From positions 1-45,761 of the IMG/VR virus record IMGVR_UViG_3300043406_000043: a stretch of 45,761 bases of DNA. One strand, given 5' to 3'. The number at the start of each line of letters is the position of its first letter. Within the stretch, counting starts at the first letter, position 1. The translations under genes and the position numbers were made by a program. Source of the stretch: a virus. Lineage: Duplodnaviria; Caudoviricetes. Under the pieces are notes generated by a model, which was given only the letters and a program-made list of their open reading frames with translations, ran no database searches and had not been told where the DNA came from. Shown here piece by piece: positions 25,630 to 35,083 of this stretch.

Positions 25630-26763
25630 ATGGCCTACGCCTTTAAGGCTTCGCTGACGGTCAACAGTTCCCAAGTCACGGGAACCCTCACGAATTTCCC
25701 CGCCCTCGTCTCAGGCACCTGGGATGGCACGGGGGGCGAGGCCGACCTCCGCCTGGACGACAACGGCGGTCACATTAAGAACAGTGACACCTCGGGCACG
25801 CCCAACCCTCGGCCTGCGGACTTCGCGTTCTTCTCTGATGTCAACCTCACCGTCCCGCTCAAGTTCGAGATTGAACTCTGGAACGCGGCGACCGGCCAGT
25901 TGATTGCGTGGGTGAAGGTCCCATCCATCGCCACCAGTACCGTGATCTATATGGGCTACGGGGATGTGGCCGTGACCTCCTCGCAGGATGACCGCACCAA
26001 TGTGTGGGACTCCAACTTCCATGCGGTGTTGCATTTGCGCGACGGCTCCACGGTGTCGTATGTCAACGCGATGGGGGGCAGTAACTTCCAGCTCGGGGGC
26101 GGGACCGTGTCCGCCATCGCGGGGCAAGTGGACGGTGGGGCGCGCACGCAGAACTCCATCTCTGGCACGAACCTGTATGTGTCGAACGCCGCCGGGGACT
26201 ACGACTACACGTCCGAGGCGTTCACGGTTGAGGGCTGGTTTAAGTTGGGGAGTCTCGATTCCGCTCCCACCCTCGGCGGCGTGGTGTTGGGCGGGAACGT
26301 GGACTATACGGCGGGTGGGTACTGGGTACAGGTGACGACCGCCGGCGCCATCAACCTCATCACCGACCAGAGCGGCACCACGCAGACCACCGCCTCGGCG
26401 GATTCCGTGGTGAGTACCGGGACGTGGTACCACCTCGCGGCCACCCGCAGCGGGTCTGTGGGCAAGGTCTACAAAAACGGCGTGGATGTCACGAACACCA
26501 GTGGCACGCATATCAACCCAACGGCCTCGTCGGCGTTCTGGAAAGTGGGAGCGCTCCAGATCACCGGCACCGTCTACGCCGCCGCGGACCAATACAGCGA
26601 CGAGGTCCGCATCTCGGCCGAAGCGCGTACGGCCGAGTGGCTCCTCGCCACCTACAAGACCACGAACGACAACGCGGCCTTCTGGGCGTCTGGGACCGAG
26701 TCCGGCGGGAGTGGCCCCTCGCGGCCGGGGGGCTCAAGTCTCACGCTGACGGGGGCGCAGTAG
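25630..26763 (+). CDS. DUF2341 + LamG/concanavalin-like virion fibre protein
   Basis: LTNFPALVS, LKFEIE.W, AWVKVP, IYMGYG (DUF2341-like); FTVEGWFK, TWYHLAAT, DEVRIS (LamG). Confidence 0.8.
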   Translation: MAYAFKASLTVNSSQVTGTLTNFPALVSGTWDGTGGEADLRLDDNGGHIKNSDTSGTPNPRPADFAFFSDVNLTVPLKFEIELWNAATGQLIAWVKVPSIATSTVIYMGYGDVAVTSSQDDRTNVWDSNFHAVLHLRDGSTVSYVNAMGGSNFQLGGGTVSAIAGQVDGGARTQNSISGTNLYVSNAAGDYDYTSEAFTVEGWFKLGSLDSAPTLGGVVLGGNVDYTAGGYWVQVTTAGAINLITDQSGTTQTTASADSVVSTGTWYHLAATRSGSVGKVYKNGVDVTNTSGTHINPTASSAFWKVGALQITGTVYAAADQYSDEVRISAEARTAEWLLATYKTTNDNAAFWASGTESGGSGPSRPGGSSLTLTGAQ

Positions 26764-26783
26764 TCCCTTGATTTGATTGATTG

Positions 26784-27182
26784 ATGGCGAAACCAAAAGG
26801 CGGGAAGCGTCCAGGGTCGGGTCGCCCCAGGGGCACCAAGAACCCCAGCACGTTCACGAAGGAAGCGGCCCGCGAAGCCCTCCGCCAGACCGTGTTGACG
26901 CACATGCACGGCATGGTAGCCGCGCAGATCGCGCATTCCAAGGGCATCGGGCACCTCTACACCCGCGACAAGACCGGCAAGTTCAGCAAGATCGAGAACC
27001 AGGCCGAGATCGACCGGCTCCTGAGTGAAGGCGAAGCGGAGCGCGACTACTGGATCTTCTCGAAAGACCCGAGCGTGCAAGCGTTTACGGACCTGATGAA
27101 CCGCGCCATTGATAAACCAGCCGAGCACGTTGAGGTGATGGGCAGCGGGGGCGGTCCCTTGGTCATTCAATGGCTGCCGTAA
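26784..27182 (+). CDS. terS: Terminase small subunit
   Basis: GGKRPGSGRPRGTKN N-terminus and VEVMGSGGGPLVIQW C-terminus; directly before terL. Confidence 0.75.
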   Translation: MAKPKGGKRPGSGRPRGTKNPSTFTKEAAREALRQTVLTHMHGMVAAQIAHSKGIGHLYTRDKTGKFSKIENQAEIDRLLSEGEAERDYWIFSKDPSVQAFTDLMNRAIDKPAEHVEVMGSGGGPLVIQWLP

Positions 27183-28511
27183 GTGCCCGTCGTCACCATC
27201 CAGTACCGCCCCCGTCCCCTCCAGCGGGAAATCCATCAAGCGCTCGAGTCCTCGAGGTGGGGCGTCGTCGTGTGCCATCGGCGGTTTGGGAAGTCTGTCT
27301 TAGCGGTGAACCACCTGATCAAGGCCGCGTTGCTGTGTCAGAAGCCACGGCCCCGCTATGCCTACATCGCGCCCACCTACAGACAGGGCAAGGCGATTGT
27401 CTGGGACTACGCGAAGTACTACGCCGCCCCGGTGCCTGGGCACACCTCGAACGAATCGGAGTTGAAGATTGACTTCCCGAACGGGGGCCAGTTCCGCATC
27501 TTCGGCGCCGATAACCCGGACAGCCTCCGCGGCCTGTACTTCGACGGCGTGGTGTTCGACGAGTTCGGCCTCCAACCGCCCAACATCTTCAGCGAAGTGG
27601 TGCGCCCCTTGTTAGCCGACCGGGAAGGTGGGGCGTTGTTCCTCGGGACGCCCAACGGGAAGAACCAGTTCTACGACATCGCGCAGTATGCCAGGGCCAA
27701 CGATGATTGGTTCTTCGCAGAGCACAAAGCCTCCGAGACCGGCATCCTGTCGCCGGCAGAACTCGCCGATTCCCGCCGGATGATGACCGCTGACGAGTAC
27801 GCGCAGGAGTTTGAGTGCTCGTTTGAAGCCTCGGTGAAGGGGGCTGTCTACGCCCGCGAACTCCAGGCGGCGCGAGAGGACGGGCGCATCACCCGCGTGC
27901 CGTATGACCCGGCCCTGCCAGTGGACACCGATTGGGACTTGGGCTTCGCGGATGCGACGGCCATCTGGTTCTCGCAGACGTTGCGCTCGAGAGAAGTGCG
28001 GCTGATTGACTACTACGAGAACTCCGGGTTCGGCCTCGACCACTACAAGAAGATCCTGAGCGAGAAGCCCTATGGTTATGGCACCCATTGGGCGCCGCAT
28101 GACATCGAAGTGCGCGAACTCGGCACGGGGAACAGTCGTCTTCTCGCCGCTCAATCCTTGGGTCTTAATTTCCTGGTGGCGCCTAAAGTCCAAGACCTCA
28201 AGGACGGGATCCACGCGACCCGGATGCTCCTGCCCCGGTGCTGGTTCGACGAGACCAAGTGCGAACGGGGCCTCGAGGCGCTCAAGAACTACCGTTGGGA
28301 CTACAACACGCGGGCCGAGTCGTTCACGGCGCTCCCGGTCCACAACTGGGCGAGCCATGGCGCGGATGCGTTTCGGACGCTGACGTTCCGGCACTACACG
28401 AGCACCAAGAATCCCGAGCGTGAAGCATCCGCTGCTGTGCGGAAGGCCCAGCAGGATACCGACCCGTTCAAGTGGAAGCGGTCGAACTTCGGCAGAAGGG
28501 CAGGCTACTGA
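27183..28511 (+). CDS. terL: Terminase large subunit
   Basis: HRRFGKS Walker A, LRGLYFDGVVFDE Walker B, GTPNGKN; nuclease WDLG and SHGADA. Confidence 0.95.
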   Translation: MPVVTIQYRPRPLQREIHQALESSRWGVVVCHRRFGKSVLAVNHLIKAALLCQKPRPRYAYIAPTYRQGKAIVWDYAKYYAAPVPGHTSNESELKIDFPNGGQFRIFGADNPDSLRGLYFDGVVFDEFGLQPPNIFSEVVRPLLADREGGALFLGTPNGKNQFYDIAQYARANDDWFFAEHKASETGILSPAELADSRRMMTADEYAQEFECSFEASVKGAVYARELQAAREDGRITRVPYDPALPVDTDWDLGFADATAIWFSQTLRSREVRLIDYYENSGFGLDHYKKILSEKPYGYGTHWAPHDIEVRELGTGNSRLLAAQSLGLNFLVAPKVQDLKDGIHATRMLLPRCWFDETKCERGLEALKNYRWDYNTRAESFTALPVHNWASHGADAFRTLTFRHYTSTKNPEREASAAVRKAQQDTDPFKWKRSNFGRRAGY

Positions 28512-28814
28512 GTGCTTCCCGTTGCCGTAGGCGTGGGCTGCTTGTTTGTGTTCTGTGCTCTATGGTTCTCCACGCAAGCACTGGCTCGGCTCCTCGAAGT
28601 AGAGCGAGAGCAGGCGGCGATGCGCGAGAGATTGAACCTGGTAAACGCCCACGTTGACCGTCTCTACGAGAAGGACGTGGCGGGCGTCCATTTATCGACC
28701 ATCGACGGCAACCGTTTCAGTGTCGCTGGTTCGACGACCGCGTATGCCAGCGAGTCTAAATGGGATAGTCGCTTGTCCACCGCGGCTTCGTTTCCCAAGG
28801 AGACAACGCCATGA
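28512..28814 (+). CDS. Membrane-anchored hypothetical protein
   Basis: N-terminal TM plus coiled coil. Confidence 0.45.
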   Translation: MLPVAVGVGCLFVFCALWFSTQALARLLEVEREQAAMRERLNLVNAHVDRLYEKDVAGVHLSTIDGNRFSVAGSTTAYASESKWDSRLSTAASFPKETTP

Positions 28815-28960
28815 GCCAAGGATCCGGGGTGTTCCCCGCATTGTCGGACAACATCAAGAAGTCGCCCAAGCCGAAGCGGAAGCCAAAGCGGTGACGTTGT
28901 TCGTCCTGAGTTTCATTGTCGGCGTGCTGCTGATGAGCGCGTGGAAAGGTCGGTGACGGC

Positions 28961-30988
28961 ATGACACCCCCGCGCGATCCGTTCGAATTACGGCTCTCGG
29001 AGGACCAGAAGAAAGTCCTGTCCCTCTACCTGCATGACGAGTTGCAGAAGGGGCTGGATGCCCGAGGCGCGACCGAGCATGACGTGGACTACTGGTATCA
29101 ACTCTACGAGCAGGCCCGCACACGTACCGGCGCCCCGTGGCAGGATGCCGCCGACCTCACCTCGCATATCGGCACGGAGCATGTGGACAGTCTCCAAGCG
29201 CGCATCATGGCGAACGTCTGGAGCGACCCGATCTGGACTGTCGAGGGCTGGGGTCCTTCAGCCGACCGGGCACCCTTTGTCGAGGAGTTCCACCAGTGGA
29301 AAGCTGAGGAGGAACGGCTGCAAGGCGTGCTGGATCGTCTCGTGTTGCAGTCCCTGATTGAGCCGCGCGGCTTGCTCGAGATTGCCGAGGGCACCGACCT
29401 CCGCACCACGCGCAAGCGCATCACGGCTAAGGTCGAGACTGACCCGCTGACCGGCGGGATGATCTACGACGAGGACATGAACCCGCAGGCGTCGTTGAAA
29501 CCGGACGGCACGTTCATGGAGGCCGGCCCAGACGATATCGGGATCGAGCAGGTGATCGACAGCACCGAGCGTATCCGTACCGGCCCGACGTATCGCATCC
29601 TGCCCTACAAGGACTCGCTCATTACCCCAGGCCATGCCAGGGACAAAGCGGACATCTGGGGCTACTGGAAGCGGTTCTGGATGCGGGAGTCCACGCTCAC
29701 GGCCAAGGCTAAGGCGGGGATGTACGACGAGGACGCAGTCGAGAAGATCAGCAAGCAAGATGACCGGGAGTCGGACGACTCATTGCAGCGGGCGAATCAG
29801 AGCGTGCCGAAGTCCGACGCGGGGCTCGCCGAGAAGGAACTCTGGGAAGGACTTGTCCTGCTGAACCTGAACGACTTGTTCGAGGCGCGACGGGTGCCAA
29901 AGTTGAAGAAGGGCGGCTCGGAGCGGTGGTATCTCGTCACCTTGCACCCACGTAGCCAGCAGATCCTGCGGGTGCAGTTTGACGATATGGAGCGCAGCCG
30001 ATTCGTGCCGGTGATTCTGTTCCCGCGGCCCGACCGAGCCACCGAGGGCTACTCGTTTATCGGGCACAAACTCATTACGCTCCTTGAGGAGCACGGCGCG
30101 TGGCGGAACATGGCCGCAGACCGGGGCGCGATGGTGATCGGGGCGCCGATCCAGCGGCTGCAGGGCGCCCTCTGGGATCCGATGGAGCAGCCGTTCGGCC
30201 CCAAGGCCGTGATTGACGTGCGGTCGATGGACGAAGTGCGGCCGTTTGTCGTCCCCGACCTCTCACAGTCCACGTTCCATCACATTGAGATGGTGGAACG
30301 CACCGCCCAGCGCGTGAGTGGCATTAACGACGTGGCTTCAGGGCAAGTGGCGACACAGAACCGCACGCTTGGTGAAGTCCAGATGGCGACCGAGCAGTCC
30401 TTCGTGCGGATGCGGCTCATCACGCAGCGGTTTCAGGAGGCGATGGAGGACATCGGGCAGATCCGCCACGCGATCTGGCAGCGGGTGGCCGCGGAGCAGC
30501 CCGAAGGCATGGAGGCGCCCCAGTCGTTGCTCTCAAATCTCGAGGGCCGCGGCGTGACGGTGGACCTCCCTGACGGGAAGATCACCTCCGCGTTGCTCTC
30601 GGGCTCCTTTCGGCTGAAGCCGTACGGGTCCAACGAAACCGCGGACCCGAACCGGCAGCGGAATGACTTCGTGGGCATGTTGCAGGCGTTGCCGCCGACG
30701 ATGCAGGCGTTCCCGCAGCTCGGGGCGATGTTCGCCACCCCGCAAGCCGCGCGCGCGATGGGCCGGCAACTCCTGCGGGTGTTCCGCGTGCCCAACCAAC
30801 AGGCGTTCCTCGGATCGCCCGCACAAGACCTGATGCAGACGCAGGCGGGGCAGATGCTGACGCAACTCATGCAGCAGCCGCAGGGGCCGGGGATGATGGG
30901 GATGCAGCCACCGGGGCTGCCTCCAGGCCCGCCGCCGCAGCCTGAGCAACTTCCACCGCCGCCCACCGGAGGCCCGCTGCCCCAATGA
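28961..30988 (+). CDS. Portal protein
   Basis: 675 aa after terL; SGINDVASG...TLGEVQMA pattern; Gln/Pro-rich tail as in P22-like portals. Confidence 0.85.
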   Translation: MTPPRDPFELRLSEDQKKVLSLYLHDELQKGLDARGATEHDVDYWYQLYEQARTRTGAPWQDAADLTSHIGTEHVDSLQARIMANVWSDPIWTVEGWGPSADRAPFVEEFHQWKAEEERLQGVLDRLVLQSLIEPRGLLEIAEGTDLRTTRKRITAKVETDPLTGGMIYDEDMNPQASLKPDGTFMEAGPDDIGIEQVIDSTERIRTGPTYRILPYKDSLITPGHARDKADIWGYWKRFWMRESTLTAKAKAGMYDEDAVEKISKQDDRESDDSLQRANQSVPKSDAGLAEKELWEGLVLLNLNDLFEARRVPKLKKGGSERWYLVTLHPRSQQILRVQFDDMERSRFVPVILFPRPDRATEGYSFIGHKLITLLEEHGAWRNMAADRGAMVIGAPIQRLQGALWDPMEQPFGPKAVIDVRSMDEVRPFVVPDLSQSTFHHIEMVERTAQRVSGINDVASGQVATQNRTLGEVQMATEQSFVRMRLITQRFQEAMEDIGQIRHAIWQRVAAEQPEGMEAPQSLLSNLEGRGVTVDLPDGKITSALLSGSFRLKPYGSNETADPNRQRNDFVGMLQALPPTMQAFPQLGAMFATPQAARAMGRQLLRVFRVPNQQAFLGSPAQDLMQTQAGQMLTQLMQQPQGPGMMGMQPPGLPPGPPPQPEQLPPPPTGGPLPQ

Positions 30989-31293
30989 GTCTAATTAAGG
31001 CGTTTCTCTACGAAGTCCGATCAGTGATGGGGTCGCTCGGACTCTGGTCGTGTGAGTTTCCAAACGCGCCAATGATTCGTACGGGTGTGGCGATTTCTAG
31101 GAATCGCTGTGAGATCTGCAACGGCGTGGAGTATCGCTGTCCGACATGCTGGCGTCGTGTTACGGGACACTCGCATGAAAGCGACTTTACCTGCAACGTC
31201 TGCGGATTCGTGAATCCTATCCGCTTCCGTGACGGCGCGCGCATCAACGGTGATGGCGACTTTACGAGGGGCCTGCGGGTGATGTCCGCATGA
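30985..31293 (+). CDS. Multi-CxxC zinc-finger protein
   Basis: CEIC, CPTC, CNVC. Confidence 0.5.
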   Translation: MSLIKAFLYEVRSVMGSLGLWSCEFPNAPMIRTGVAISRNRCEICNGVEYRCPTCWRRVTGHSHESDFTCNVCGFVNPIRFRDGARINGDGDFTRGLRVMSA

Positions 31294-31487
31294 GAGCCGA
31301 CCTCTCTGCGATTGCCGGGGTGGGCCGGGTCACGCTTGAAATGAGTTATCCCTACCCCAACAGGTCGCCAGAGATGATTCATGTCTGCATGACCGACTCT
31401 GAGTATCGCCAAACATCGATGTATTTCAATGCGGACGAGTTCGTGCGTGTAATCAACGCCTTATGGGTCTACGGGAAACCCGCATGA
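31290..31487 (+). CDS. Hypothetical protein
   Basis: ATGA coupling on both sides. Confidence 0.45.
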   Translation: MRADLSAIAGVGRVTLEMSYPYPNRSPEMIHVCMTDSEYRQTSMYFNADEFVRVINALWVYGKPA

Positions 31488-32101
31488 TGGTCTCTCACGG
31501 GTTGCGACCGGGGCGCCCGACGCCCACCCCTGTCCCTGGCTACGAGGACTTCTGCGGCGGGGATCTGTGCGTGGGGTTCTTCACCGAGATGTTCGCGGCG
31601 GGGCGGATTCCCATTCCACAAGGCGCCAAGGTGCTCGAGATTGGCTGCGCCGAGGTGGACTGGCTGACGCCGATGAAGGCCCGTCGGCCCGATCTGACGC
31701 TCGTTGGGGTGGACCAGCGGCAGCACGAGGAACGCCCCGGCGCGGATCTCCTCGTGCGTGGTGACCTGATGCAGCGGGCGCTGTTCAAGCCGGCGACGTT
31801 TGACGTGGCCATTGCCATCAGCGTGATCGAGCACGTCGGTATCGGCCGGTACGGGGATCCGGTGGAGCGTGACGGCGATTCGATGGCGATGGCGAACCTG
31901 CACTACTGGCTCAAGCCGGATGGGTTCCTCTACATGGACGTGCCCTACCGGCATGACGGCCTCTCCACCGAGTTCCGGGCCTACAACGAGACCGACCTCC
32001 AGAAGCGCGTCATTCACGGCTGGACCGAAGTGGACCGGGAGTACTTCACGGGGAATGGACATCCTGACGGGCCGTATATCGCGCTGGTGCTGAAGCCATG
32101 A
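31484..32101 (+). CDS. Class I SAM-dependent methyltransferase (DUF268-like)
   Basis: VLEIGC motif I; ISVIEHVGIGRYGDP...DGD; LKPDG...DVP. Confidence 0.75.
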   Translation: MMVSHGLRPGRPTPTPVPGYEDFCGGDLCVGFFTEMFAAGRIPIPQGAKVLEIGCAEVDWLTPMKARRPDLTLVGVDQRQHEERPGADLLVRGDLMQRALFKPATFDVAIAISVIEHVGIGRYGDPVERDGDSMAMANLHYWLKPDGFLYMDVPYRHDGLSTEFRAYNETDLQKRVIHGWTEVDREYFTGNGHPDGPYIALVLKP

Positions 32102-32299
32102 GTAATGGATTCGTTCTGTGTGTTTTGTTGTTTTGTTTCGGGGTGACGGTACTCGTCACCTTCTGGCCCGCCGTGCCGGTGTGCCCGTGAGGGGTGTCGC
32201 GATCTCGACGGTGGTGTGGTTCGTGGTGTTGGTGGCCTTTTACCGTTGGGCGGGGTTCAGGTGACCTATCACGCCTATCCATCATCCGGTGTGGTGCTT

Positions 32300-32581
32300 A
32301 TGAGTGACAACGAACGGGAAGACTGGGACAACCTGCTGAAGTCCTCGGGGTTTCAGCGGCTCCAGCAGTGGGCCGAGCAGGAATGGGCGGGGCAACTGCC
32401 GATTCTCCTCAATAAGGCCGTCGCCGCCGCGGACGCGCAAGCCATCGATAACCTCCGCCAGGTACTGGCCTGTTCCAAGGCCATCGATCTCGTGATGAAT
32501 CGCCCCAAGGAACGGCTGTCCCAGTTGGAGCAGCAAGCGATGGCGCAGAACACCCGCCATGTGGGGCGCGGGGGCCTGTGA
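32300..32581 (+). CDS. Conserved small protein downstream of the portal
   Basis: Helical LLKSSGFQRL pattern typical of post-portal genes. Confidence 0.55.
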   Translation: MSDNEREDWDNLLKSSGFQRLQQWAEQEWAGQLPILLNKAVAAADAQAIDNLRQVLACSKAIDLVMNRPKERLSQLEQQAMAQNTRHVGRGGL

Positions 32582-32757
32582 CGCTGGTCGTGGACGGGAA
32601 GGTCGCGGCCTGCCAATCCTGTGTGTATGGGCGCGACTGGAACTATCACGTGGAGTGCCGCCGCTATCCCCCGGACTATGCGAGCGAATCGAAGTGGTGG
32701 CCGATTCTGTCCCTTGATGACTGGTGCGGGGAATACAAGCCGCGCAGGAAACCATGA
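32578..32757 (+). CDS. Small 4-Cys protein (CxxC...CRRYPP...DWCGE)
   Basis: Hand-translated, 59 aa; overlaps neighbours at both ends. Confidence 0.6.
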   Translation: MTLVVDGKVAACQSCVYGRDWNYHVECRRYPPDYASESKWWPILSLDDWCGEYKPRRKP

Positions 32758-33131
32758 CACTCACGCCCTTAGCCGATCGTGTCCTGATTCGCCCGGAAGC
32801 GCAGCCCACCATGACGCAGAGCGGGTTGCACCTGATGGAGCACTACAAGCCCGAACAGGTCGGGGAAGTCGTAGCGGTGGGGATGACGGCGCACCCACGG
32901 AAGGCTGAGGCGTTCATGCTGGCGAAGGAATTGGACTTCTGGCCCGAGCCTGAAGCTGGCATCGCCGCGCAACTCCTCCGTGACCTCACCGGCCGGGAGC
33001 CCGAAGTCAAGGTGGGCGATACGGTGCTGTTCTCGTGGAACGTCGGGCAGGAAATCTGGGTCAACGATGGCGATCAGAAGTACCTCTTGATGCGCCACGA
33101 CGACATTTTGGCGGTGATTGATTATGAGTGA
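32754..33131 (+). CDS. groES: GroES/Cpn10 co-chaperonin
   Basis: LTPLADRVLI, TQSGLHL, GEVVAVG, VKVGDTVLF, YLLMRHDDILAVI. Confidence 0.9.
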   Translation: MTLTPLADRVLIRPEAQPTMTQSGLHLMEHYKPEQVGEVVAVGMTAHPRKAEAFMLAKELDFWPEPEAGIAAQLLRDLTGREPEVKVGDTVLFSWNVGQEIWVNDGDQKYLLMRHDDILAVIDYE

Positions 33132-33978
33132 GCCTGAAGTCTTTGGCACGAGCCTCGAAGACGACGCACCCGCGCCCCCGCCAGTCGTTGAGGCGCCCGT
33201 CGCGGTCGCGCCCCCCGAAGAACCCCCCGCGGTCGATGAGCCTGAAGCCGTCGAAGTGAACGGCGCCCAGATGGTGCCGATTGCGGCTGTGAAGGCGGAA
33301 CGCGCCCGCCGGCAGGAAGCCGAGCGGCAGGCCGCACGCGTCCCCGAACTCGAGCAGTGGCACCGGGACGCCGCGCCGTATGTGGAGTTCCTGAAGGCCA
33401 ACCCGGACTTCCTGAAGCCGAAGCAGGAACCGGTGGCGCCCGCAGACCCCAAAGCCGACCCGGAACTGGTGCAGCTGGCGCAGACCCTGGACCTCTACGA
33501 TGCCGCAGGACAGCCCGATACCAAGCGGGCCGGGGTGATGGCCGGGTTGATTGACAAAGTGGCCGAGCGGCGCGTCCAGCACGCCGTCCAGCCCTTCCAG
33601 CAGCAGACTGCACAGCAGCAGGCCCAGGTGAACTGGGCGCGGGCCATGCAATACACGGATCCTGAGGGGCGCCGCGTCGATCCGGTGGTCCTCCGTAACC
33701 TGTGGGAGACCTCGAAACTCGAAGACGTGGCCGACCCGAACTATGTGCGCGTGCTCACGCTCACCGCGATGGGCGCGGAGCGGGCGACGAAGCGGCCGAC
33801 GACACCCGTCCCCCCACAGGCCCTCGTAACGGAAGCCTCTGGGGGCCATCCCCGCACCAGGCCGACGCTGTCCACGATGGAAGAGAAGGTCGCCACGGAT
33901 CGCGGGAAAACCGCCACGCAGTGGCAGGACTTGACCAAGGGGCACCAGAGCGGGCGCCCGAGTCAGTTGGAGGATTGA
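33124..33978 (+). CDS. Capsid scaffolding protein
   Basis: Acidic/Pro N-terminus and VPIAAVKAERARRQ coiled coil; lies between portal and capsid genes. Confidence 0.7.
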   Translation: MSEPEVFGTSLEDDAPAPPPVVEAPVAVAPPEEPPAVDEPEAVEVNGAQMVPIAAVKAERARRQEAERQAARVPELEQWHRDAAPYVEFLKANPDFLKPKQEPVAPADPKADPELVQLAQTLDLYDAAGQPDTKRAGVMAGLIDKVAERRVQHAVQPFQQQTAQQQAQVNWARAMQYTDPEGRRVDPVVLRNLWETSKLEDVADPNYVRVLTLTAMGAERATKRPTTPVPPQALVTEASGGHPRTRPTLSTMEEKVATDRGKTATQWQDLTKGHQSGRPSQLED

Positions 33979-34529
33979 TGCCCAGAAAGATCACACTCGA
34001 CAAGGACACCGAGATTCCAGGCACTGAAGTGCTCGAGCCGAAGGCGAAGGCGCGCATCTCTGTGCTCGAGCGCCGGCTCCAGAACCCCTTCGGTGAACCC
34101 TCCGCCCCGATTGAACTCAAGGACGCCTCGCGGGAGTGTCGGTGGTTCAACGCGGCGATCATGACCGACAAGATCTGGCGTGCGAAGGCCAAGGGGTGGG
34201 ATCCGGTGCGTCCCGACGACTGCGTGGACCTCGATCAGGTCGCGGGGTACGTCAAGAACGCGGAAGGGTTCGTCACCAGGGGCGACAGAGGCCAAGAACT
34301 CTTGATGTCGATGCCGAAGGACTGGCGCCGGCAGATTGCGATCGCCAAGACGCGCGAGAACAACAAGAACATGGGCGATTCCGGGAAGACCAAGGCGGAA
34401 GTGGTGAGCGCCTTCGCGGAGAAGTACGGCGACGAGGCGGGGACCACGGCAGAGCGGCATGTGGGGCCGGTGGGGAGCGTGATCGATCAGTTCGAGCGCG
34501 TGGAGCGCCGACCGGACACGGGCGAATGA
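33978..34529 (+). CDS. Conserved head-module hypothetical protein
   Basis: RWFN...GWDPV...ELLMSMPK pattern commonly found after scaffold genes. Confidence 0.6.
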   Translation: MPRKITLDKDTEIPGTEVLEPKAKARISVLERRLQNPFGEPSAPIELKDASRECRWFNAAIMTDKIWRAKAKGWDPVRPDDCVDLDQVAGYVKNAEGFVTRGDRGQELLMSMPKDWRRQIAIAKTRENNKNMGDSGKTKAEVVSAFAEKYGDEAGTTAERHVGPVGSVIDQFERVERRPDTGE

Positions 34530-35083
34530 TTCTCTGTTCGGGCTGTTTCGACGGGCTACACGCTGGGCATGTGCGGTATCTGCAAGCCGCCGCGAAGTAC
34601 AGGGAAGGCGGCGAGCGGTTCATCGTGGCGGTGGCGTCGGATGCCTATATCCGCAAAGTGAAGGGCCGAGAGCCGCGCTGGACGTGTGTGGAGCGGATGG
34701 AGACGCTTGAAGCACTCAAGATCGTGGATGACACCGTTGAGCATGGGGAAATCGGCGCGGCCGATGTGATTCGGGCGCTGCGCCCGCGTTTCTTCGTGAA
34801 GGGCATGGACTGGATGGGAGCGATTCCGCCCGATGTCCGTGATGCGTGCGACCGCGTGGGCGCCGTGATCCGCTTCGTCAACGCTCCCGGCACGCACACT
34901 TCCGAGGCGTTTAGCGTGACGCCCGTGATCTGCGATTGGTGCAAGGCGGGCCACGAAGCAGCGGACATGGTGTCGGTAGGGCTTGGAGAATTTAACGATC
35001 CGAATGCGATACGGCGGTGGACGCTCTGTAAACGCTGCGCGGAAGCATTTGGGCAGGTTATGGAGGAGGAGGAGTTCGCGTGA
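34526..35083 (+). CDS. HxGH cytidylyl/adenylyltransferase (RfaE-II/TagD-like) with C-terminal Zn-finger extension
   Basis: SGCFDGLHAGHVRYL, VASD, ER.E.L, VKG.DW, HTS; tail CDWC...CKRC. Confidence 0.85.
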   Translation: MILCSGCFDGLHAGHVRYLQAAAKYREGGERFIVAVASDAYIRKVKGREPRWTCVERMETLEALKIVDDTVEHGEIGAADVIRALRPRFFVKGMDWMGAIPPDVRDACDRVGAVIRFVNAPGTHTSEAFSVTPVICDWCKAGHEAADMVSVGLGEFNDPNAIRRWTLCKRCAEAFGQVMEEEEFA

